64,000 bases of DNA from a bacterium (GTDB taxonomy: Bacteria > UBA8248): assembly GCA_965213685.1 (NCBI GenBank), contig CBDBZY010000007.1, forward strand, positions 64,001 through 128,000, written 5' to 3'. The notes under the pieces are model-generated. The model did not search any database and was not told the origin of the DNA. It saw nothing but the letters and a program-made list of their open reading frames with translations. Both the position numbers and the translations under genes were made by a program. Shown one piece after another: positions 1 through 35,257 of the stretch. The first letter of the stretch is position 1. Every line of letters begins with the position of its first letter.

Positions 1-1346
1 CCTGGTTCCACTCCAGATCAGCCCCAGTTCCAGGATGAGTGGCTAGAGTTCTATCACAAGCAAGACGCAGAAAAGGGATTTCCTCTCAGGAACAAACAAG
101 TATGGCAGTCCTAAAGTATACCACACCTGCTCAATATGAATCACTCTTCTCTCTCCCTATCCCCACCCTACACCTCTTCTCCACTCTCTCCCCCTCTCTC
201 AGGTGCTCCAGCGATCTCGTGAAACCACTTCAGCTCTCAATTTGTTGACGATGCTCAGTGAAGGTGTGGATGTGATGAACATGATGGAAGGGAGCTTTGA
301 CTTCAAACAGTTCCAGGTACATAACTACCAGTAGTAACACTATTCTAGTAGCATGGTGAAGGAGACCACAACTAGTGGAACAACTTCCTGGGGCTACTGT
401 ATTTGATTGTGGATGCAGCTTGAATTGTCTGTTCCAGGGCAAACTGGACACTGGGAAGGCAGCTGTGATGGGACACTCATTTGGAGGGGCCACTACCATA
501 CAGGCACTCAGTGAGGACCAGCGGTTCCTGTGAGTGGACCCTCTGCCAGTCTCCCACAGTCATCCAACTCTGTCCCTCTTACCTCACTAGCTGTGGCCTA
601 GGCCTGGACACCTGGATGCTACCCATCCACAGAGACCTGCTGGATACTGGTATCCAACAGCCACTGCTCTTCATTAACAGCTACAACATCCAGGGGCCAG
701 ACAATATGAGGGAGATGGTCAAACTCACTCACCCACCTGACAATAAGGGAATCTCTCCTTGCAGAGTACTCACTATCAGGTTGGTGTACATGCATTGCAG
801 CTTGCTTTGATACCCAAACCAGTCTCTAGTCATAAATTGTGTGCTTCCCTATGCCATTGTCCATTCCACTATACACACTGTACTGTTTGGTCTGAGTAGG
901 GACACCAACCACGTCAACCAATGTGACGTTACATTTGTACTGCCAGAACTTTCCCAGCAGCAGTGGGGGGTCTCCCGTCTGGACCCATACGTGGCCCATG
1001 CAGTGAATATGGACATCTGCCATGCGTTCCTGAAGAGGTATCTGCTCAAAGGTACCCCAACATTGTGCAGAATTTTGCCTCATTTGTATTTACTCCTCCT
1101 TGGGAGCTCCTTATACTTTTTCCATAGATTAAGTTTTTTCTTATAACTTGCCCTATAGCTCCTATATACCTACCATACAGTCTGCCTCTCTTCATCCTTC
1201 TAGACCCCTCCTTCCTGGGTCCAGTGCCCAATCTGGATGGATGTGAGGGGCACTCAGAACACATCCTCTTTGGGACTAATGTTGACCTCTCTGGGTCTGC
1301 TGGACCAGTAACAAGTGAAACAGAAAAGCATGCCAAATCAGTCTGA
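1..1346 (+). CDS. PAFAH2/PLA2G7: Platelet-activating factor acetylhydrolase family protein, copy 1 (5' part outside window; multi-exon)
   Basis: Spliced exons give ...EWLEFYH...PLRNKQ|VLQRSRE...FKQFQ|[30 protein letters not shown]|[11 protein letters not shown]...PLLFINS...|DTNHVNQCDVTF...|...KHAKSV*. GHSFG nucleophile motif, LDxW Asp and catalytic His region are present; GT-AG introns; TGA at 1344-1346. Confidence 0.9.
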
Positions 1347-1771
1347 AGTTGGGACTACTACTTAAAAGACAAGGAAGAAGATGAGGGGGTGTGACAGAAT
1401 GGGGGTAATGTGTGTGAGGATGCACAAACTGCAAAATTGTGATGTTTTCAGTTTGTTAGATAAGTGTTCATTGTGTTCCAATACTGAATTTTTTTTGTCA
1501 AACATCAACTGGTTCCCTGGGACTGCAGTGATGCTTGTCCAATGCCTCACCTGAAATACTTTGGTGCCAGAGCCAACACACACCCATCCGACTAGCGTTG
1601 TAGGGCTTTGCCACGCCCACGTCCTTGCGCCCAGCGCAGTGTTTTACTATGCGCAGCGCAGCGTTATTGCGTAGGCGTGGCCAGCCATATCTCTACAGTA
1701 TACACCCGACCTTTTGTCTTCCACACGCTGATCTGGCTGGGACGTGGCTCAGAGCTGCCCCTCTCCGCGCA

Positions 1772-4131
1772 ATGGCTGCGGCGTGGAAGACTGGGATGGC
1801 GAAGGAGACCGCCATACCTGCTCCCTCTGGCCACCACCATGTTGGCTGCGTGGACCTCATGCACCTGGTAGAGACATCTTTGTAACCATGCACTGTCCAC
1901 GGTACTATTTATACTGGAGGCCACTCTATGGATATGGAGTGCTATAGGACGGAGTTTTAGCGGTTGATTGGGAGGTTATCAGCTGACATAGGAGGCGTGG
2001 CTTGTGTATAGTAAAGCAATTGCTATACAGCTGACAACCCCCTAATCCCTTCCACCAGTTCCAGGGAGATGAGAATGGTGGACTGCTAGTGCGGCTGTTC
2101 TACCCTGCCGAGCTGGGCCCCAACCCTCCCTCCTCCCCCTCCCACTATGCTCCATGGAACCCTCACAGCCACTACATCAAAGGATATTTGCATTACACCA
2201 AATCCAAAGCACCAGAGCTCATTACCTCCATCACCAATGCTTTCCTCAGTAAGAAAATAAATTACACCCACAGTGTAGTGATAAACACTTAATACCTTGA
2301 TAATGTACATGTATCTTAAATTAATGTGAAAGTAACCTAATAACTATTCCAAATAATTGTGGTGGGTATATATAAGGAACGAGCTATTGATAAATTGATA
2401 TGGTACACAGCATAATTATATTAGGTATATAGCTAACTGTATGTGTTTTCTTCTCTCATATTATAGCTCCCAGGACACCAGCTGTGTATGGGGCAACTCT
2501 TTTAGGAATCCATCCTCATACCCCATTCCCTGTAGTCGTCTTCTCTCATGGTTTAGGAGGCATGCGGTTCCAGTACTCTGGCATTTGCTGTGACCTCGCC
2601 TCACATGGTTATGTTGTGGCCTCTGTGGAACACAGGTCTCCCTTACATACACATGCATGCACACATGCACACATGCACACAATCTCTTTCTCTTGCGCTC
2701 TCTCTCATACACAGTTTTACTTGTGTTTCAGAGACCGCTCAGCATGTGTCAGTCTGCAAAGGGTCCCAGGTCCTGGTTCCACTCCAGATCAGCCCCAGTT
2801 CCAGGATGAGTGGCTAGAGTTCTATCACAGGCAAGACACAGAAAAGGAATTTCCTCTCAGGAACAAACAAGTATGGCAGTCCTAAAGTATACCACACCTG
2901 CTCAATATGAATCACTCTTCTCTCTCCCTATCCCCACCCTACACCTCTTCTCCACTCTCTCCCCCTCTCTCAGGTGCTCCAGCGATCTCGTGAAACCACT
3001 TCAGCTCTCAATTTGTTGATGATGCTCAGTGAGGGTGTGGATGTGATGAACATGATGGAAGGGAGCTTTGACTTCAAACAGTTCCAGGTACATAACTACC
3101 AGTAGTAACACTATTCTAGTAGCATGGTGAAGGAGACCACAACTAGTGGAACAACTTCCTGGGGCTACTGTATTTGGTTGTGGATGCAGCTTGAATTGTC
3201 TGTTCCAGGGCAAACTGGACACTGGGAAGGCAGCTGTGATGGGGCACTCATTTGGAGGGGCCACTACCATACAGGCACTCAGTGAGGACCAGCGGTTCCT
3301 GTGAGTGGACCCTCTGCCAGTCTCCCACAGTCATCCAACCCTCTGTCCCTCTTACCTCACTAGCTGTGGCCTAGGCCTGGACACCTGGATGCTACCCATC
3401 CACAGAGACCTGCCGGAGACTGGCATCCGACAGCCACTGCTCTTCATTAACAGCTACACCTTCCAGTGGCCAGACAATATGAGGAAGATGGTCAAACTCA
3501 CTCACCCTCCTGACAATAAGGGAATCTCTCCTTGTAGAATACTCACTATCAGGTTGGTGTACAATGCATTGCAGCTTGCTTTGATACCCAAACCAGTCTC
3601 TAGTCATAATTTCTTATGCCATTGTCCATTCCACCACACACACTGTACTGTTTGATCTGAGTAGGGACACCAACCACATCAACCAATGTGATGTTGCATT
3701 TGTAGTGCCAGAATTTTCCCAGCAACGGTGGGGGGTCTTCTGTCTGGACCCATACGTGGCCCATACAGTGAATATGGACATCTGCCATGCGTTCCTGAAG
3801 AGGTATCTGCTCAAAGGTACCCCAACATTGTGCAGAATTTTGCCTCATTTGCATTTACTCCTCCTTGGGAGCTCCTTATGTTTTTTCCATAGATTAAGTA
3901 ATCTATGGTTTTCTTATAACTTGCCCTATAGCTCCTATATACCTACCATATAGTCTGCCTCTCTTTATCCTTCTAGATCCCTCCTTCCTGGGTCCAGTGC
4001 CCAATCTGGATGGATGTGAGGGGCACTCAGAACACATCCTCTTTGGGACTAATGTTGACCTCTCTGGGCCTGCTGGACCACCACAACCCTCAGTAACAAG
4101 TGAAACAGAAAAGCATGCCAAACCAGTCTGA
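1772..4131 (+). CDS. PAFAH2/PLA2G7: Platelet-activating factor acetylhydrolase family protein, copy 2 (complete, multi-exon)
   Basis: ATG 1772 MAAAWK...[16 protein letters not shown]|...LLVRLFYP...|[37 protein letters not shown]|DRSA...GHSFGGAT...LDTW...HINQCD...KHAKPV* (TGA 4129-4131). No signal peptide seen. Confidence 0.93.
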
Positions 4132-4511
4132 AGTTGGGACTGCTACTTAACAAGGAAGAAGATGAAGGGGGTTTGATTGAAGAGGCAGAACAAAAAATTG
4201 CTCTAATTTTGTTGATCACATAAATTATAATTTGATGCTTTACAGAGTTTAGCCTCATCAGCAAAACTAAACTTCCATTCATGGATGAGCAAACCCCTGC
4301 ACAGTATAATAATTATGAACAAAGAAGTGCGAAGAATTTTGGCGCAGTATATAAAATGGTACATATATCCATATAACTCAGGTGATGTGTGTGTGCGAGT
4401 GTCGAGAAATTTAAACGCACGAGCTAATTAGACCCAAGCTCGTGTAACAGAAGAATATGAAACATTGCTGAGCAACAAAATTAAAATGGAGACTGTCCCT
4501 GAAGAGAAAAG

Positions 4512-5232
4512 TAGCTGCCTTACATCGACTTACATTGCTAGTATATAGCTGCCTCATATTACATTGCTAGTATATAGCTGCCTCATATTACATTGCTAGT
4601 AGCTGCCTTACATTGCTAGTATATAGCTGCCTCATATTACATTGCTAGTAGCTGCCTTACATTGACTCATATTATATTAATTGCTAGTAGCTGCCTTACA
4701 TTGACTCATATTATATTAATTGCTAGTAGCTGCCTTACATTGACTCGTATTACATTGCTAGTAGCTGCCTTCATATTATATTAATTGCTAGTAGCTGCCT
4801 TACATTGACTCGTATTACATTGCTAGTAGCTGCCTTACATTGCTAGTATATAGCTGCCTCATATTACATTGCTAGTAGCTGCCTTACATTGACTCATATT
4901 ACATTGCTAGTAGCTGCCTTACATTGACTCATATTATATTAATTGCTAGTAGCTGCCTTACATATTATATTAATTGCTAGTAGCTGCCTTACATTGACTC
5001 ATATTATATTAATTGCTAGTAGCTGCCTTACATTGACTCGTATTACATTGCTAGTAGCTGCCTTACATTGACTCATATTATATTAATTGCTAGTAGCTGC
5101 CTTACATTGACTCATATTATATTAATTGCTAGTAGCTGCCTTACATTGACTCATATTATATTAATTGCTAGTAGCTGCCTTACATTGACTCGTATTACAT
5201 TGCTAGTAGCTGCCTTACATTGACTCGTATTC
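4512..5232. repeat. AT-rich compound minisatellite (modules TTACATTGCTAGTAGCTGCC, TTACATTGACTCRTA, TTATATTAA)
   Basis: Directly visible reiteration over about 720 bp between the convergent PAF-AH and LRR genes. Confidence 0.95.
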
Positions 5233-5294
5233 TACATAGTATTAGGTGATGGGTTGTGTTGTAAACAAATATTTTTGAGTATGCTGATGGATGT

Positions 5295-8627
<3,333 letters not shown>

Positions 8628-8926
8628 TTTCAATTAGCTTTTTAGCTTGTTGTGCCTACGCCCACGTGGATGAAATTCAGTTGTCAACGGGTTATTATTG
8701 TTGTGCCCGGTACGCGATTGACCTCTCCAGTTTGCGCCGCTGGCCAGTAGTAGGTAAGTTGTGTACTGACACTGTAGAGGACTCCGCGTGTCCTTATATC
8801 GCCGAGAAGCATGAGTATCTCTACTGTGATCGTGCCGTTGACCTCAGAGGGTACCACAATGCCCCGTTTGTACGTTCAGCCCCTCCCCTTTCATACCTCC
8901 ACAACCACCCCCCCCCCCACAGTGCC
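8628..8926. promoter_or_regulatory. Probable bidirectional promoter between LRR gene (-) and NCLX (+); likely 5'UTR intron about 8754-8922
   Basis: Divergent ATGs 300 bp apart, local CpG enrichment, CACGTG box near 8663, donor AG|GTAAGT near 8754 and acceptor CCCACAG at 8922. Confidence 0.55.
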
Positions 8927-30991
<22,065 letters not shown>

Positions 30992-31623
30992 TGTGTGTGT
31001 GCTTTAATGATAGGCGTGGTGGTGTGTAATTGATATAACCTGCATATACAAATTCCTGCATCAACGAGACTTTGCTGTCAAACTACTTTTGAACAGTCGC
31101 TATGCGCAAATGAAATGAGATTGCGCGTGGGCGCTGGAACCGGAGACCGCACGGCAATTAGCAACGTGACATGCAAAATTGCCGGATGCAAAATTAAACT
31201 TATATGCGGTCATTAGGGAGTATATCTGATAAACGTTTCGCACCTCAATGTTTATCAAATTGCACTATAGATATTCGGAAGCTCTTATTCGATAACTATA
31301 CGACTGCACCACAGCGAGGTGCAACGTTACCACGCATTGCAGCAGCAACATAATACGCACACATGCGTGCTCGACATACGAAGCTGACTGCTGATTGTGT
31401 CCCCACTTGCAGCTCACTGGCGCTGGTTGTAATCGGACTCTCGCAGTCCCGCCCGCCGCGCGCTCTACAATTCATCAACAGTCTGTGCCGCGCCGGCCAC
31501 CGCAGCCTTAGAGTGGAGTACGTAATAAGTAATGAATAATTCATGATAATGGAGTCCGCAAATAGAATAAATTGCGCTCGCTTGTCGCAGTTGTATTTTT
31601 GCATACCCAGTACCGTGACGAAA

Positions 31624-33252
31624 ATGACGACAGCTCTGAGATTTGTTCTCGTGGCCGTGGTCCTCGCACTGCTGCCACTCAGCGCAATGGGCTTCCCCAG
31701 AAGATGCAACAAGAATCTTTTGTGAGTTATATGGAACTGTCCGGCCGCCCGGCCCCCCTTTTTGTCCCGCACGTCGGGTGCATTATGGCGTATAGCCGCA
31801 CTGTCGCGATACTGAGCATTGTCATCAAGTACATATACAGCACCGCTGGAGTAGCTGGGTAGGCGCATGTAAAGAGCTTCATGCATGGACGCGCCAGAAC
31901 ATGCATAGAAATACGAATAGTGCGCATACTCACACACCTCATTCTTCTCTAGTCTATTAAACTCTACTCCTTCTAACTCCACTCGGCAGTGTCAGACACC
32001 ACCAGGACGGCGTTATTCCCGACACCAGGACCTCACTCAACTGCGAAAGAGGAGACATCAAGTGGACACGAGCAAGGGGAAGTCACCATCTTACCTTCTT
32101 CAAGAACCACAAGGACCTAGTGGTCTGCCTCACGATCAAAAGACCTGGAGCTCGCATCTACAGAACCAAGGGCACCTCAAAACAACTGCTAGCTGGTGTT
32201 AATGACACAGGCTTTGTTGGTTGTTTCAAGTCTGAGTGCAGTCATGTTCCACTGTTGTTTGAGGTGGATGAAGACTACAGTGGCCCAACTAACCTCTTTT
32301 ATGAGTACAGTGGCTACATTGATATCAGTAAGTGCTGCATGGATGAGGGTTGTGTGTATGTGTATGTAAATATAAAGGATGGCTTATGGTATTAATTCAT
32401 GAAGCCTGTGTAATATTAGTTGCAGGAATGTTCCCCAGCATACCGGTGTCTGCAGCTGTTGCACATTTGTCCTTTCCTACTGGGAATTAAGATTCTTCTG
32501 AACTGTATCTTCTTCTTTGAACAAAATATATTCATTACCTTGTAGAAAGGAAGAGTTGTGTTCATAACCCATGGCTTCCTTCCCCCTGCAGAGTGCCCAG
32601 CTTGCACAGAGAGCTGTCAAAGAGATTGCCTATGTAGCTCAGACTTCAGTGAGTTGAAGAATGCTGTCTGTTTTGTGCAAAGCTATGCTAGTTACATCGA
32701 TGTGTGGCCATCCTCTTGTGTATAGTTATATAACTATTGGCATTCCAGGAACACCTGGGGTTGAGGAAAGATCATTCATTGTCATACCATGATTATTATG
32801 CCATACATCATCAAACACTAATTCACATGTTTTGATACTTTCCTCCTCTCACAGGTTTCCATGGAAAATTGAGGTCATCAACATACAGAAATAATCTCTA
32901 TGTGTACTACTTTCAGGTGGCAGACTTTGTCAAGTATAATGGCGCCTACAAAGACCCTCTTCTGGCAAGGGATGCTGCAATGTGTCCTGGCACTTCTCCC
33001 TCAAGCAATGAAACAGAGACTGCCTTCAGTAATGAAGATATTTTGGATGAGATTCCTCCTGATGGAACAGTGCGAGTGTATGCCAAGTGCCCACTGAGAA
33101 TAAACAAAACATACTTTGTTTCAGGTCATCTCCATGTTACTAAGAATGGAAGACCGCGCTTAATGATGTGTTGCACACATGCAGATGAACACTACACAAT
33201 ATCTCACTTAGCAGATTTGGTACATAGACAAGAGTGTTGTAGACATGTTTGA
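31624..33252 (+). CDS. METRN/METRNL: Secreted meteorin/METRNL-like protein (signal peptide + CUB-like + NTR), 4 exons, 296 aa
   Basis: Exons 31624-31721, 31990-32327, 32592-32648, 32855-33252 join in frame (891 nt). Motifs LNCERGDIKW....G...LT, VVCL, CPAC...LCSSDFSFHG and YFVSG...GRPRL..C parallel meteorin LACAEGAVEW..., CRPC...ACTSDFVIHG and FLFMG..GEARLGC (recalled, not searched). Confidence 0.72.
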
Positions 33253-33470
33253 AACGTTCACATCTTCCTCCCAGTTTGTGTCATTCCTTGTGTATATAAT
33301 TATACCCCGAGTCGTAAGTCACTCTATGTTCACCACAATATACATGATGTCAAGTTGTCTATGTGTTCATGTGTATACAAAGAAACGTGCTCTACAGCCT
33401 ACCCATTCCTTTTTGAATACCAGAGATACCTCATTAGTACTCCCACTTATTACTTCATTAACTAAAATGG

Positions 33471-33918
<448 letters not shown>

Positions 33919-34111
33919 AGCAATATGCATAGTAAGCAATCCCACTAAGCAGCATACAGCTCTGTGATGTGCCTACCATTGTAGGTAACAAGGCATGAAA
34001 CAGGCATTGAAAAGCTGTGTAAGTGCACATAAGTGTTGACACAACAAGAAAATGGTTAACAATAGAATTACAAAAAAGTATCTCTTAGAAAACCATACAG
34101 TAAAGTACGTA

Positions 34112-35089
34112 TCACAACTCAAAGTGTTGCAGACACACTAGCTGCTGAGGCTCTACTTCAGCTCTGCACACGGGGCACTCTGACCTCTCACTCGTCCACT
34201 CGGCCACGCACTGCCAGCAGAAGAGGTGGCCACAGGGAGTGGCGCTGAGGCTCCGCCCACCCTCCAGACACAGGGGACATTTCAACCGGATCTGTTCAGT
34301 GCCCGAGTGAAGACTGTGCTCAGAGTCTGTTGCAAGAGTGAGTATCGGTCCTCTATCAGTGACATCCTGTGCTTCAGTGTCCACCCCACGTCTCCGAGCT
34401 TTCCTCTGCCTCCATAACCTCCGAGCCAGAGTCAATACCTTCACTGCCACCTGACAGACAATGAGCCAGCCCAATACCTTGTAACTACCCAGTCTTGGCT
34501 GCTGATTGTCACCCAGTCCATAGGTGACCATGAGGTAGCGAATGCCTGCCACTCTCTTGCCAATGTGATAAAACACACCTTGAATGTAGAACAGGGCAAG
34601 ATGGAGCTGGCTGATCGTTGAGACAGTGTCCTCCACAACACCCACTGCATTCTCAAGTAGCTTATACTGCCAGTCACTCAGCTCCAGAGGCAAACTCCTC
34701 TGCTGAATCCTTCGATACAGATACTCAAGACACTTCTCCACAGTATACGGACCAAACAACTGCACTAAAATGGCCACCGTTCGCCTCACCAACCCAGGAG
34801 CAAAGAATTTCCTATCTCCCCCGACCTTGCTATTTTGCGGACCCACTTGCACTGCATTGCAGTACTCCTCTCCGAGGGTCTGACTGCCATAGACGGTGGT
34901 GAGGCCATAGTACACCACCTCGGCAATGAGTTGGAGCTCTCTCTCCCAGCACAGCCAGTAGCGGAGAGGGAGGGCCTGCTGAGAGATGCTTGAGATCAGG
35001 GAGTGGATGTAGCCGGAGTAGAACCTGTCCTTCTGGTTGCTGCGAACCAGTTCAGGAGCTCCGGCTGGCGAGAGCTGAAGTCTGGGCAT
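34112..35089 (-). CDS. PEX10: Peroxin 10 RING E3 ligase, single coding exon (ORF extends to an upstream ATG at 35230)
   Basis: A.APELVRSNQKD..Y, YYGLTT..G.QTLGEEY, LHLALFYIQGVFYHIGKRVAGIRY and C3HC4 RING CPLC...TPCGHLFCWQC..EW...ECPVCR. Confidence 0.96.
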   Translation of the reverse strand: MPRLQLSPAGAPELVRSNQKDRFYSGYIHSLISSISQQALPLRYWLCWERELQLIAEVVYYGLTTVYGSQTLGEEYCNAVQVGPQNSKVGGDRKFFAPGLVRRTVAILVQLFGPYTVEKCLEYLYRRIQQRSLPLELSDWQYKLLENAVGVVEDTVSTISQLHLALFYIQGVFYHIGKRVAGIRYLMVTYGLGDNQQPRLGSYKVLGWLIVCQVAVKVLTLARRLWRQRKARRRGVDTEAQDVTDRGPILTLATDSEHSLHSGTEQIRLKCPLCLEGGRSLSATPCGHLFCWQCVAEWTSERSECPVCRAEVEPQQLVCLQHFEL

Positions 35090-35257
35090 GGCCTGGCTAG
35101 GCGGCTGGCTGGGGCAGTGGGGGGTGGAAGAGAAGAATCTGCTGGCAGTGTCTGTAGGGAGAAGAGATATTAAAGAGGTCAATGGTGGGGTCTCCATTCC
35201 ATGCAGCTGTCGACATTCCGGTACAGACATGAGGCAGTAGGCCTGTACATCTAAGTT

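Larger units (their letters stand above)
1..4175 (+). repeat. Tandem segmental duplication of the PAF-AH gene, offset about 2771 bp
   Basis: 1-~1390 aligns to 2772-~4175 including near-identical introns; the ORF track shows duplicated peptides at 39 and 2810. Confidence 0.95.

Noticed and set aside
31296-31982. 228-aa minus-strand ORF
   Set aside because: No recognisable motif; antisense to the promoter, exon 1 and intron 1 of the meteorin-like gene in CpG-rich sequence.
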